DNA of 64,000 nt. Source: a candidate division CSSED10-310 bacterium (GTDB lineage Bacteria > CSSED10-310). The stretch is from positions 488-64,487 of the forward strand of contig JAFGEQ010000011.1 in the NCBI GenBank assembly GCA_016931515.1, read 5' to 3'. The translations under genes and the position numbers were made by a program. Below the pieces are notes generated by a model, which was not told the origin of the DNA, did not search any database, and saw only the letters and a program-made list of their open reading frames with translations. This document shows positions 1-10,629 of the stretch, piece after piece. Positions within the stretch are counted from its first letter, which is position 1. Each line of letters begins with the position of its first letter.

Positions 1-1760
1 TGCGGACTGTCTGGATCTTCCAGAATCCGGTTGAAATCGCGATCGCTGATAAGGGGTATATTATTCACTGAGACTATGACGTCGCCAATTTGCAACGGTG
101 ATGTTTCTGCGGGACCACCTATAATAATCTGTGAAATTACAACATCTTGCCCGATATTCGTCACACGTAATCCTGAGCGCAGACGGGTCAATGGAGGGAT
201 GTCACTGATATAGGAATTAAGGGGTTTGAGAGACGCAATGGTCGGCAATCCAGGCGCGATACTCAGAATGTCAGGTTTTGATGAATCCCTATGAATGAAA
301 AACATCTGACTGTGAAACGGTGAGTTCGCCGGTTCCAGTTTTGCAAATGCGATAACGGATGTATCTGTATCAGAAAGAGACGCAACCATATTTTCTACTT
401 TTGCCAGCCAGTTCGGGTCGTGTGGATTGAATGATGGGGAAGCCAGACTCTCTATTACTGACGCAACAACGGGTCTCATGCGATATCTGTGGGCTACGGT
501 TCCACGGATCACATTCAATTTATTCGTACTGGTCAGCCACTCGGCTAGAGAGATCTCACCTTCAATACTGAGGCCTTTATCTGACGACACACTGCCCAGG
601 AAAAGCACTGATGGTCTGGGTTCAGCCAGAAACTCGGATGTGTCGTCCGCTTTGAGTATTGTGGTTTCCTGCCATTTCGTGCCATCACTAAATTCAACGC
701 GGATTGTTCGTTCGCCCGGGCAAATCACAATATCCGTTAACGGTGTTTTGCCATACCATTCACCATCAATGAATACATTCTGGTCGGAAGGTATGGAGTC
801 TACACTTGTCCGAGTTTCTGATTTCGGAAGCACGACTAATGGAATGAAATAGTCGGCTGGTTCCAAGGTAAACGTATAGGTGATGGGCTGCCGGCAAGCT
901 TTTTCAAGCCTGATAGTACTTTCTCCTGCTGGAATCAACGGTATATAGATGGGTTCACTGAAATTAAAGGGATCGAACCCCATGGTCTGTAAAAGCAAGT
1001 ATTTCCAAGGTGTTACCGGTTGGGTCTGGATGGATCGGGGTAAAGTACTAATAGAGACAGACGTTCCGGCGGGGGAGACCCAGATGAAAAGACCGCCGGT
1101 GTTTCGTTTCAACTGGGCATTAATTACCCTTGTTTCCTGATGAACAATTAGAACTCTCTGTCTAAAACTGTCAAATCCGTTGTGAACTACTTCAAAGTCA
1201 TGCTCACCAACTGGAGCGAAGGCGTTATCCATCGGCGTTACTCCGAACTCCGTACCATCCATTATCACCGTAGAACCGACGGGATCGCTCAGAATAGTAA
1301 CAAATCCGGTGTGTTTCTCCCGAATCGCTTCGAACCATTCCGCTACTTCCGGGGTCGCCAGGTTGCCGGCAAGTGACACGGATGGCTCCTTTCTCAGCAA
1401 TTCATCAGCATATGATTCCGCCATGACCGGATCGCCTCCGTAATATAACAGGATCGCCTGAAGCAGGAGAGTCCTATGGATCAAGCTCTGCGCCTCCTGT
1501 CTGTCAGCGGGAGACAGTCTGGGCATCAGGTTTTCACAATGTTGACGGATCGAAAGCAACTGCTCGATACTGACATCTAATTCCGAATCTTTGACTGCAC
1601 TCTCAAGAACATCGAGTCTAAGAGACATCTCACGAAATGTTTTTGTTTGAGGCAAATTTTCTTCTTGTATCTGAGCGCACACATCCGTGAGAGGGCAGAT
1701 ACTAATGACCAACAGAATGGATGACAGGACTGCGAATTTATCGAAAACGGTATATTTCAT
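1..1760 (-). CDS. PEGA-repeat, PDZ-domain secreted protein (3' end runs off the window; absent from the ORF track)
   Basis: Manual translation from ATG at 1760: signal-like MKYTVFDKFAVLSSILLVISICPLTDVCAQ; PEGA-like repeats (ILSDPVGSTVIMDGTEFGVTP, NVFIDGEWYGKTPL); PDZ-like GLRVTNIGQDVVISQIIIGGPAETSPLQIGDVIVSVNN in the same frame near the window edge. No stop found in the stretches checked. Confidence 0.75.
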   Translation of the reverse strand, partial: MKYTVFDKFAVLSSILLVISICPLTDVCAQIQEENLPQTKTFREMSLRLDVLESAVKDSELDVSIEQLLSIRQHCENLMPRLSPADRQEAQSLIHRTLLLQAILLYYGGDPVMAESYADELLRKEPSVSLAGNLATPEVAEWFEAIREKHTGFVTILSDPVGSTVIMDGTEFGVTPMDNAFAPVGEHDFEVVHNGFDSFRQRVLIVHQETRVINAQLKRNTGGLFIWVSPAGTSVSISTLPRSIQTQPVTPWKYLLLQTMGFDPFNFSEPIYIPLIPAGESTIRLEKACRQPITYTFTLEPADYFIPLVVLPKSETRTSVDSIPSDQNVFIDGEWYGKTPLTDIVICPGERTIRVEFSDGTKWQETTILKADDTSEFLAEPRPSVLFLGSVSSDKGLSIEGEISLAEWLTSTNKLNVIRGTVAHRYRMRPVVASVIESLASPSFNPHDPNWLAKVENMVASLSDTDTSVIAFAKLEPANSPFHSQMFFIHRDSSKPDILSIAPGLPTIASLKPLNSYISDIPPLTRLRSGLRVTNIGQDVVISQIIIGGPAETSPLQIGDVIVSVNNIPLISDRDFNRILEDPDSP

Positions 1761-2868
1761 GTTTTCTCTTATCAGTGATGTAGATGCTGCCGTCCGATCC
1801 GACGACGATTGCGGACGGCGATTTCAAAATATCCTCTTCCGGATCGAGGTTCACGGTATGCAGGCAGGACCCACGGGGTGAGAAAATCGTTACCGTCCGA
1901 TTGTCGTTAAGTATGTAAAGGTGTCCGAACCAATCGATAGCCATGGCAACAGGGTCGGCCAGAATGTACCCCGGACCCTTGTACGGTATTTTGACTTCAG
2001 GTGAGTTACCCACAGTGATAATCATCCGGGAGGTCGGCGACATCATCCAGCATCCTCCGTAAGGATGGGGCAGGAGCTTTTCATCTCCACTGGGAGCACC
2101 GATCGCTATCGGACCAAGATATTGACCATCCTGATTGAAACGGAGCATCTGAGTGTTTCTGCGATCAAGAATCAGCCACTCATCGCTGACTGTGAAAGCA
2201 GCATCGATAATTCTTTCAATATCACCTGCTCCCTGGAAACTGTACATTTTCTGTTTTTCCCAGAAACCATAATCCGTAATGATGACGGGATTATCCCCGA
2301 TCGCTTTAAGAAACCTGCTGTGATCGGGTAATGGTGTAGTCGGAGGTATGGCCTGGTATCGCCCTTTCTCATCCGGTGACAATGTTATCAATCGATAACG
2401 ATCCATGACCAGGATCTGACCGTTTTCCGTCAACGCGATATCAGTTGGACTCTCCATCTCAATGCCACTGATCTGAAAATGCCGATCGATTCGAAATTCT
2501 CTGCCGGGTATGTATATTTGTTGCAAAACACTCAGTCGATCAAGCAAAATCGCTTTGCGTTCAACAGAAATATCCGGATTATTTATGGCGATTTCCAACC
2601 ATTCCATCGCTATCGGCGCTTTATGAACGATCACACACACTTTTGCGAACATTTCACAAGCAGAGATACCATCAGTACCCGATGGATTTCGCCAGAGAAA
2701 ATCCAGGAGTGATGCTTCAGCTTTTTGCCAATCCTGACTTTTCATCATTTGCTCAATCAAAGCCAATGATCGCGGGTTTTCAGCCCGGCAAGTGAGAGAC
2801 AGTCCAATCGGGAGCAGATGTGAAAAAGCCGTGACAAGCAAGAGCAATGTCATGTAGCGTGTTTTCAT
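1738..2868 (-). CDS. Secreted protein with helical N-terminus and NHL/6-bladed beta-propeller repeats
   Basis: Signal peptide; NHL-like repeats (SPTDIALTENGQILVMD, DPVAMAIDWFGHLYILN, SPSAIVVGSDGSIYITD). Start placed at 2868 (ATGA overlap with upstream stop). Confidence 0.7.
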   Translation of the reverse strand: MKTRYMTLLLLVTAFSHLLPIGLSLTCRAENPRSLALIEQMMKSQDWQKAEASLLDFLWRNPSGTDGISACEMFAKVCVIVHKAPIAMEWLEIAINNPDISVERKAILLDRLSVLQQIYIPGREFRIDRHFQISGIEMESPTDIALTENGQILVMDRYRLITLSPDEKGRYQAIPPTTPLPDHSRFLKAIGDNPVIITDYGFWEKQKMYSFQGAGDIERIIDAAFTVSDEWLILDRRNTQMLRFNQDGQYLGPIAIGAPSGDEKLLPHPYGGCWMMSPTSRMIITVGNSPEVKIPYKGPGYILADPVAMAIDWFGHLYILNDNRTVTIFSPRGSCLHTVNLDPEEDILKSPSAIVVGSDGSIYITDKRKHEIYRFR

Positions 2869-3995
2869 CTGGAACATCCTTTTACGACCGGGATTCGCCG
2901 TGTCTGACCCGATACGACCTTGACCCAAATGCTTTGCGCATCGCTACACTGACTCCATCGGAATTCCACTTTGTAAAGTCCGGGCGCTACTTCGTAGGTG
3001 CCGGGTGTTCTACCAATCTCGTGATTAGCAACGGAGACCATTGCGCCAGGTGGATCGGAGGACAGAGCCATTTTTCCCGGTGGGTCGAGAATGATCGATT
3101 CGGTTTTCCCGGGTTTGATTGTAGTGGATTGTTCCAGGTTCAACAAATAGTCGGGATTGACGATACGGACGATTTGTTTCCCGGATGAAACTTGCACGGA
3201 TGCTGATTTTTTATCCTGTATAACGCGTTTGGATCCCACGTATACATCAACGGGATAGCTGCTTCTGATATCGAGTTTCCCTTTTTTCTCTTCTTTTGTG
3301 GAAGATGTCTTTTTCGAATTCTTTTGAGATGATTCTTCCTTGGGCAGCTTGTTAAGGTTCAGTATCACCGGATCGGAAAGACCCTTTCCGGGCACATTCA
3401 ACTCAAAAGTGGCGGTTTCATATCCGTCTTTTACGGCCTTTATTTTCACTGTCTCGCCTGTTTTGAGTTCGTATTCCATCGGGGTTGTTTTATTGGTGGA
3501 CACACCATCGATCTCAATAACAGCTCCCGAGGGTTTTGACTTAATTTTAATCTTGACAAACTCCGGAGTGAGACTGAATCGAGCCTCGATTTTTTCTGGT
3601 GAGAAAACAATGTCCGCCTGATCGGATCGGCCGACGATCTCCGGAGGTTTTTGAGGGTCGGCCGGAATCCGGATCAATAATTTTTCCGGAAGATACGCAG
3701 GGTGTTGAGCGTCTAAGATATGTTCGGATCCTCTGGTCCAGGTAACCGGTATTTGAATCGGTTTTTCCAATACAACCATATCCAGTTTGACAGATGCATC
3801 CTGCGGTTCGATCGAAACAACGAGTTGACTCCGGATCGAATCATCTCTAAGTCCCAGCATCCGTAGAATTCCGTCCGCTCCAAGGAACACCGCTCCGAGA
3901 GATGACATAATTATCAGCACGATTAATATAAAGAAGGGTAATCTGAATTTTTCCCAAAAAGTCGGTTCGGACCAGTCGACATCTAAACGATTCAT
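2865..3995 (-). CDS. Membrane-anchored PEGA domain protein
   Basis: N-terminal TM helix; repeated PEGA motifs (IKSKPSGAVIEIDG..TP, LSSDPPGAMVSVANHEIGRTP). Start placed at ATG 3995 behind GAGG. Confidence 0.75.
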   Translation of the reverse strand: MNRLDVDWSEPTFWEKFRLPFFILIVLIIMSSLGAVFLGADGILRMLGLRDDSIRSQLVVSIEPQDASVKLDMVVLEKPIQIPVTWTRGSEHILDAQHPAYLPEKLLIRIPADPQKPPEIVGRSDQADIVFSPEKIEARFSLTPEFVKIKIKSKPSGAVIEIDGVSTNKTTPMEYELKTGETVKIKAVKDGYETATFELNVPGKGLSDPVILNLNKLPKEESSQKNSKKTSSTKEEKKGKLDIRSSYPVDVYVGSKRVIQDKKSASVQVSSGKQIVRIVNPDYLLNLEQSTTIKPGKTESIILDPPGKMALSSDPPGAMVSVANHEIGRTPGTYEVAPGLYKVEFRWSQCSDAQSIWVKVVSGQTRRIPVVKGCSR

Positions 3996-4172
3996 AACAA
4001 CCTCATCGGACCTGTTTACGGCATTAATACTAACCCCGTCGATATATCGAGGCAAGTAAATAACCATAAATAGTATCTTTATCGCAGTTCGAAATCCGTC
4101 TTTCATTATTCTGTGTTAAAGATCGTTGCAAGGATGGTAGGATAGAGGAGACGGACGACGAGGGAGGACATT

Positions 4173-5660
4173 ATGCCGCGATCACTGCGAATAGCTTTTA
4201 TTGCTTCAGAATGCGATCCATTCATCAAAACCGGAGGTTTGGCGGATGTCATTGGTTCATTGCCGGGAGCCCTTCGGAGACTGGGTCATGAACCTGTAAT
4301 CATAGTTCCGCGATATGCTGGATTAAACCTTGAAAGGTTCAGACTCCGTCGGGCATTCGACAAGCTGGGGGTCTGGATGGGTAACTGCCTGGAATGGTGT
4401 GCAGTGGATCAGACGGCGTTGGATGATATCCCGGCCTTTTTTATTGAGAGTAATAAGTTTTTTGACAGGAATGGTCTGTATCATGACGATACATTCCGGG
4501 ATTATCCCGATAATGCCTACCGATTCGGCTTCTTCTCACGTGCTGCTTTGCAGTTACTGATTGATCTCAGACAGAAAATTGATGTCATACACATTCATGA
4601 TTGGCAAACCAGTTCCTGTGCAGCCTATCAGAAGATATGGCATTGGAATAACGAGATTCTGGGTAATACTGCATCGGTTCTGACCATACATAATATCGCG
4701 TACCAGGGCGTCTACCCGGTGGACTGTTACGAGTATCTCGGATTTCAATGGGGCAATTTTACATCCCAAAAATTCGAGGATCATGGTCGCGTCAATCTCC
4801 TGAAAGGAGGCATTCATTACTCCGACAGGATTACAACCGTCAGTCAAAAACACGCGGACGAAGTTCGCACGCCGGAGTATGCCTACGGCATGGCACCGTA
4901 TCTCAATATCAAAGCGGAACGATTCAGCGGCATACTGAATGGGATCGATTATTCGATCTGGAACCCCGAAATTGATCCATTGATCCCTGCTGTCTATTCT
5001 CGATTTGATATGACAGGCAAGGCAACCTGCAAACGGAATCTTCAGGAACGAATGGGCCTGACAGTCGACGCAACGATTCCGCTTATTGGAGTAATCAGTC
5101 GGTTTGCTTCTCAAAAGGGACTGCATTTATTCGCCGCTGCAGTCTCTGAACTGATGAATGAGATGATATTCCAGTGCGTGATTTTGGGTTCTGGAGATCC
5201 ATATCTCGAGACTTTTTTTCGGGAGCTTCCTGCGCAATATCCCGGCCGGGTGGCATCGTTCATTGGATTCAATAACGAGCTGGCGCATTGGATCGAAGCC
5301 GGTTCGGACTGTTTTCTTATGCCGTCGCTGTATGAACCTTGTGGTTTAAACCAATTGTATTCATTGAAATACGGCGCATTGCCGATAGTCAGGGCGACCG
5401 GAGGACTTGATGATTCGATTGACCAGTATTGTGAGCGAACGGGATCAGGGACGGGATTCAAGTTTTTCGAGCCATCACCGAAGGCACTGAGTAACACGGT
5501 GGGGTGGGCGGTGAGTACCTGGTACGACCGTTCCGGGCATTTTCGGCAGATGCAGGCTGCAGCTATGGAGAAGGATTTTTCGTGGGATGTCAGCGCTGTA
5601 GCATATGAGGATGTTTATTTTCAGGCACTGAATGACAGAATGGGTTCATCCGGAGTTTGA
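4173..5660 (+). CDS. glgA: Glycogen synthase (GT5)
   Basis: KTGGLADV, HDWQT, HNIAYQG, PSLYEPCGLNQL, ATGGL motifs. Confidence 0.97.
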   Translation: MPRSLRIAFIASECDPFIKTGGLADVIGSLPGALRRLGHEPVIIVPRYAGLNLERFRLRRAFDKLGVWMGNCLEWCAVDQTALDDIPAFFIESNKFFDRNGLYHDDTFRDYPDNAYRFGFFSRAALQLLIDLRQKIDVIHIHDWQTSSCAAYQKIWHWNNEILGNTASVLTIHNIAYQGVYPVDCYEYLGFQWGNFTSQKFEDHGRVNLLKGGIHYSDRITTVSQKHADEVRTPEYAYGMAPYLNIKAERFSGILNGIDYSIWNPEIDPLIPAVYSRFDMTGKATCKRNLQERMGLTVDATIPLIGVISRFASQKGLHLFAAAVSELMNEMIFQCVILGSGDPYLETFFRELPAQYPGRVASFIGFNNELAHWIEAGSDCFLMPSLYEPCGLNQLYSLKYGALPIVRATGGLDDSIDQYCERTGSGTGFKFFEPSPKALSNTVGWAVSTWYDRSGHFRQMQAAAMEKDFSWDVSAVAYEDVYFQALNDRMGSSGV

Positions 5661-5736
5661 ACACTGGAGATATCTTCTATATATTACGAGACTTGATAGT
5701 CCATGGACTTAGACAAACCGGGAGTATTCAGATAGC

Positions 5737-6849
5737 ATGTCAGTACCCAACTACCTGGAATTTGCAACTAGGATTTTTCACAAGCGGAATGCTCTGCCGC
5801 ATTATCTCGTTTTTTTTGTCACGAAAAACTGCACGGCTCATTGCAAGCATTGCTTGCTAGGTGATGGTCAGCAAAGCTCCAACGAGCTGACTCTCGAAGA
5901 GATCGAGATGATGACGAAACACATGGATCCCCTGCTGTTTCTACTCATCACAGGAGGTGATCCATTTCTAAGGAATGATATCGCGCAGATCGTGCAGATT
6001 TTCTATAAAAATCCTGGATTTCGTAATTTAGGGATCCCATCGAATGGTTTTCTGACCGATAGAATCGTCGAGCAGAGTGAACGCATTTTAAGGGAGTGTC
6101 CGGGGATCGAGTTTGCGGTGGACATCAGTATCGACGGGATTGGAGCAGACCATGACGAGATTCGTCAGAAACCGGGACTTTTTGAAAAAGCGGTTGCAAC
6201 ATATCGTGAATTGGAAAAACTGACGAAACGGTATCAAAATTTCAACCTGAATATCGCAGTAACTGTTTCACATTATAATCATGACAAGCTTGATGCCATT
6301 TATAATTATCTTCGTAATGAGCTGGACGTAAAAACGATTAATCATCTTTTATGCAGGGGCAATCCACGAGACAAAGAAGCCCTCGATGTTGACATGGAGA
6401 ATTACCGGCGATTCTCCGATCGTCTGGACGAGGATCTGACTCGGAGTGTGTTGAAGGGTTATCATGGATTTTTTGCCGCAGATCTCGTGAATGCGATGAA
6501 AACGATTCGGCAGCGATTAATTCGAAAAATCCGGGATGAGAATCGATTCATAGTGCCATGCTATGCAGCGAAACTGGGAGTTATTCTTTACCCGGATGGG
6601 AGTCTGGCACCTTGTGAGTTGAGGGATGAGATCATCGGAAATCTCCGTACAAATGGCTATAATTTCAGAGCTCTGATGGAATCGGAAGAGGCTCATCGGA
6701 TTCGTAATCGGATAAAAGAACAACGATGTTATTGTACCTATGAATGTTTCCTTACCAATGCCGTTATATTCAACCCTTTGCTGTTCAGTCAGGTACTGCT
6801 GGAAACTGCGCGTGTTAAACTGAGTCGACTTGTTTCGGGAGGCAGGTAG
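5737..6849 (+). CDS. Radical SAM protein with C-terminal SPASM/twitch-like cysteines
   Basis: CTAHCKHC, ITGGDPFL, ISIDG; C-terminal CYAA..PCE..CYCTYEC. Confidence 0.88.
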   Translation: MSVPNYLEFATRIFHKRNALPHYLVFFVTKNCTAHCKHCLLGDGQQSSNELTLEEIEMMTKHMDPLLFLLITGGDPFLRNDIAQIVQIFYKNPGFRNLGIPSNGFLTDRIVEQSERILRECPGIEFAVDISIDGIGADHDEIRQKPGLFEKAVATYRELEKLTKRYQNFNLNIAVTVSHYNHDKLDAIYNYLRNELDVKTINHLLCRGNPRDKEALDVDMENYRRFSDRLDEDLTRSVLKGYHGFFAADLVNAMKTIRQRLIRKIRDENRFIVPCYAAKLGVILYPDGSLAPCELRDEIIGNLRTNGYNFRALMESEEAHRIRNRIKEQRCYCTYECFLTNAVIFNPLLFSQVLLETARVKLSRLVSGGR

Positions 6850-7533
6850 ATGCATAAAGATAGAAAAATAACCGTCGTTATTCCATGTTACAACGAAGAG
6901 GGAGGTATCGCCAGAGTCATACCCAGTCTTCCTGAGTTTATCGATGAAATCATCGTGGTTGACAACAATTCTACAGATCGGACAGCTGAAGTTGCGAGTG
7001 CAATGGGAGCACGTGTTGTCTCGGAACCCCGTCAGGGATATGGATGCGCTTACAAGGCGGGCCTTCCTGCTGCGCAAGGTGATATTGTCGTGACGATGGA
7101 TGGTGATGGTACGTATCCCGCGCATGCCATCTCCTACCTTATCGATACACTGTTGATCGACGACCTGGATTTTGTATCGGCCGCCAGAATCCCCGTGCAG
7201 TGGGCGCATTGCCCCAACATGATCAAGCGATATTTCGGGAACATTGCTCTGAGCATCGTGACTTGCATGTTATTCGGTATTCGTCTGAGGGACAGTCAGA
7301 GCGGCATGTGGGTATTCCGACGCCAAATCCTGGATAAAATCCAGGTCTTGAGTGATGGGATGCCTTTTTCAGAAGAATTCAAGATCCGGGCTTTTCGTCA
7401 CGAATCGATTTTCGCCCGTGAGGTTCCGGTTCAGTTCAAGTATATTACACGCGTAGGCGCATCAAAATTAAACTTATGGAAAGATGGGTACCGTAACCTG
7501 CTGTATCTTTTCAAGTTGAGAAGGGAAATGTAG
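6850..7533 (+). CDS. GT2 glycosyltransferase, polyprenol-phosphate sugar synthase (DPM1-like)
   Basis: VVIPCYNEE, VDNNSTDRT, GYG, MDGDGTYP, DSQSGM motifs. Confidence 0.88.
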   Translation: MHKDRKITVVIPCYNEEGGIARVIPSLPEFIDEIIVVDNNSTDRTAEVASAMGARVVSEPRQGYGCAYKAGLPAAQGDIVVTMDGDGTYPAHAISYLIDTLLIDDLDFVSAARIPVQWAHCPNMIKRYFGNIALSIVTCMLFGIRLRDSQSGMWVFRRQILDKIQVLSDGMPFSEEFKIRAFRHESIFAREVPVQFKYITRVGASKLNLWKDGYRNLLYLFKLRREM

Positions 7534-7570
7534 CGGTTAGCGGCAAGAGGCGGAAGAGGAAGGCAACGCT

Positions 7571-8869
7571 ATGTTCAGGAGATTGAGTCTGTCGCGCGAT
7601 ACTCTGGCTTTGGTTCTTGCCGGTGGACGGGTGGATGAGTTGGCAGCATTAACGGTTCACCGTCCCAAGGCTGCCATGCCGTTCGGTGGTCTCTACCGTG
7701 TTATCGATTGCGTTCTGACGAATCTGGCGGCCAGTGGCATCAATCGGGTCGGCATTCTGAGCCAGTACAGGCCGCTGTCTCTGATGGATCATGTGCGGAA
7801 CGGCAAATATTGGGATCTCAGTGGCTATCGGAGAGGACTGAGTTTTTTACCCCCACATACAGGAGAAACCGATGCTGACTGGTATAAGGGTACAGCTGAC
7901 GCGTTGTATCAGAATTGTGCTTTTATCGAACATAACAGGCGAAATCTGACCCTGATAGTATCGGGTGACCACATTTACAGGATGGATTACCGCGGTCTGT
8001 TCGATCTCCACATGCAGAGTCAATCGGATCTGACGATTGCTGTCACGCCGGTGCCCGAGACCGAAACACAACGATTCGGGCAGGTCAAAGTGGGACTGGA
8101 CGGATTAGTGCAGGAGTATCTCGAGAAACCCGTGAAACCGATTTCCAACCTTGCATCGATGACGGTATATCTGTTTAACACCGATGTTCTCCTGTCGGAG
8201 TTACGGCAGAATGCCAAGACCGGAAAAACATTTCAGATTTATGATGAAATCCTGCCCGATCTGGTTAAAAGGGGCCGGGTCTCCGCTTTTATACATAACG
8301 GTTATTGGGCTTACAGCCGATCGCTGGAGGCATATTTCAGGGCGAATATGGATTGTCTCGGATCGAAACCGGTTGTCGATCTGGAGCAATGGGAACTCCA
8401 TACCAATCATGATATCGGACGGATAGGTGATCATCCGCCTTTGCAATCGGGCACAAAATCGGACATCAAGAATTCCATTGTCTCTCCGGGGTGTATTATC
8501 AAGGGGAAGGTTATCAATTCCATTCTTTCACCGATGGTCTTTGTTGATGAAGGATCAGAAATCGTTGATTCCGTTGTAATGGAAGGAGTGAGAGTTGGAA
8601 CCGGCAGCATCATCCATCGTGCTATGCTGGACAAGTATGTCTCGATAGGAAACAATGTCCGGCTGGGAAGAAAATTTACTCACTCAGAATCGGATTCTCA
8701 GACTATTCCGGGGTTATTGGAATGCGGCATCTCGGTTGTCGGGAAACGGGCAAAGATAGATGATGGCATGGTGATCGGTTGCAATGTTTTGATTTATCCT
8801 GATTCACAGCCAAAACATCAGCTTGGATTGAGAGTGCAGGATGGCACTACTGTTCATCTGGAGAAGTAG
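7571..8869 (+). CDS. glgD: ADP-glucose pyrophosphorylase family, degenerate (GlgD-like) subunit
   Basis: LAGGRVDEL instead of LAGGxGxRL; retains [31 protein letters not shown] and the LbH tail. Confidence 0.7.
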   Translation: MFRRLSLSRDTLALVLAGGRVDELAALTVHRPKAAMPFGGLYRVIDCVLTNLAASGINRVGILSQYRPLSLMDHVRNGKYWDLSGYRRGLSFLPPHTGETDADWYKGTADALYQNCAFIEHNRRNLTLIVSGDHIYRMDYRGLFDLHMQSQSDLTIAVTPVPETETQRFGQVKVGLDGLVQEYLEKPVKPISNLASMTVYLFNTDVLLSELRQNAKTGKTFQIYDEILPDLVKRGRVSAFIHNGYWAYSRSLEAYFRANMDCLGSKPVVDLEQWELHTNHDIGRIGDHPPLQSGTKSDIKNSIVSPGCIIKGKVINSILSPMVFVDEGSEIVDSVVMEGVRVGTGSIIHRAMLDKYVSIGNNVRLGRKFTHSESDSQTIPGLLECGISVVGKRAKIDDGMVIGCNVLIYPDSQPKHQLGLRVQDGTTVHLEK

Positions 8870-8878
8870 AGGGATACC

Positions 8879-10165
8879 ATGAATTTACCACCGGTTTGCA
8901 TGATTTTGGCCGGCGGGCAGGGCTCCCGCCTCAACGCTCTTGCATGGCATCGGGCCAAACCAGCGGTACCCTTCGCCGGAATTTTCCGTCTGATCGATTT
9001 CACTCTTTCCAATTCATCTAACAGTGGGCTGATGAGAACGGGAATACTCACCCAATATCTGCCTCTTTCTTTGATGGATCATATTGGCACCGGTTCATCG
9101 TGGGATATGTCGGCGCGAACAAGGGATTGCAGAATCCTGCCTCCGACAGAAGGTGTGACAGCAAAAGACTGGTATCAGGGTACTGCACATGCCATTGCAA
9201 TGAACAGTGATTTTGTCTATCAGGGTAATGAGAAAGAGATTTTAATTTTATCCGGCGATCATATCTATCACATGGATTACCGGCCGATGATCCAGTTTCA
9301 TCGTGATAAAAAAGCTATATTTACGATTGCAACCATGCCGGTTGCTCCCGAAGAAGCTCACCGTTTTGGAATCGCCGTGACCGACTCAAATAATCGGATC
9401 CTTGAGTTTCAGGAAAAACCATCCTCCCCGAAAAGTACGACCGGTTCCATGGGAATTTATGTGGCCGACAGGGATGTTGTTCTTACACGGATGAAACACC
9501 TGATCTTGAAGGGGAAAACGGATATCGGTGCGCATCTGGTTCCGTCTCTGATTGGTGAAGGAAACGTATATGCATTTCCGTTCGACGGATACTGGAGAGA
9601 TGTCGGTACACTGGATTCATATTGGGAATGTTCGATGGATCTTCTGTCTCCGGAAACCAGTGGAGTGGATCTTGTCCGATGGAATATGAGAACCAACATG
9701 GAAGCATCGGGTCTGAGTCTCAGGGCTCCAAGCCGCTTCGGTGACTGCGCCCGTGTGACCGAGTCGATGATTGCACAGGGATGCAGAATCGATGGACGCG
9801 TCCATCGGTCCGTTTTATCTCCCGGCGTTAAAATTGGCGCCCGAGCGGAAGTTGTGGATTGCGTTATTTTCGATGACACAATCATAGGGGAGGGCGCTCA
9901 AATCTATCGGGCGATTATCGATAAAAATGTCTCAATCGGGTCGGGTGCACGTATCGGTCCGACAGGGAACGACGTGCGCAATCAATTGTTTCCCGATCAC
10001 CTGGGCTCCGGATTGACTCTGTTGGGAACTCGAAGTGTGGTACCTGCGGGTGCAAGCATTGCAGGTAATTGTCTCGTGTATCCGAATACCGTTCAATCAG
10101 ACTGGTCCCATGAGACATTGATGTCCGGTCAGACACTGCGTCCGGCAAAATTCGACAATGGCTAG
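8879..10165 (+). CDS. glgC: Glucose-1-phosphate adenylyltransferase
   Basis: [50 protein letters not shown]. Confidence 0.93.
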   Translation: MNLPPVCMILAGGQGSRLNALAWHRAKPAVPFAGIFRLIDFTLSNSSNSGLMRTGILTQYLPLSLMDHIGTGSSWDMSARTRDCRILPPTEGVTAKDWYQGTAHAIAMNSDFVYQGNEKEILILSGDHIYHMDYRPMIQFHRDKKAIFTIATMPVAPEEAHRFGIAVTDSNNRILEFQEKPSSPKSTTGSMGIYVADRDVVLTRMKHLILKGKTDIGAHLVPSLIGEGNVYAFPFDGYWRDVGTLDSYWECSMDLLSPETSGVDLVRWNMRTNMEASGLSLRAPSRFGDCARVTESMIAQGCRIDGRVHRSVLSPGVKIGARAEVVDCVIFDDTIIGEGAQIYRAIIDKNVSIGSGARIGPTGNDVRNQLFPDHLGSGLTLLGTRSVVPAGASIAGNCLVYPNTVQSDWSHETLMSGQTLRPAKFDNG

Positions 10166-10173
10166 AGAAGCTG

Positions 10174-10629
10174 ATGACAATATTAGAACTCGAACAGTCG
10201 GATGAATGGGGATGGGAAATGCCGGAAGGTAAAAGCAATCATCCGACTCATCCGAACCAGGCTCCCTTCAAAGCAATGCAGAGATATCTGGATGTCGAGC
10301 GATTACCGGATAGTCTGGATGTTGTTCGCGAAGTCAGGAATCAAGCCGTAAAGAAGCTGGAAATGCTGGATCAGATGCATAGGGAGTTGATCGGCAAGGC
10401 CCGCAGTATTATCGAAAAAGCCAAAGAGGATCTGCGCCTGCACTCGGTTCGCATGCATGCGGCTAAAATTCGTAATCGGATTTATTATCTCTACTCCCGT
10501 GACAAGGGTAATGAGCAAGAGTTTTTTTCAATACTGGATCCGGATGAATACCATGCAGCTGATCCCAACTCTCGTTACATTGGAGCGTACAGACTTAATG
10601 AAGACAGCTCCTGGACTCGACTCGAATGA
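10174..10629 (+). CDS. DUF2452-like protein
   Basis: Coiled coil followed by IYYLY...FFSILDPDEY...YIGAYRLNEDSSW pattern. Confidence 0.65.
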   Translation: MTILELEQSDEWGWEMPEGKSNHPTHPNQAPFKAMQRYLDVERLPDSLDVVREVRNQAVKKLEMLDQMHRELIGKARSIIEKAKEDLRLHSVRMHAAKIRNRIYYLYSRDKGNEQEFFSILDPDEYHAADPNSRYIGAYRLNEDSSWTRLE

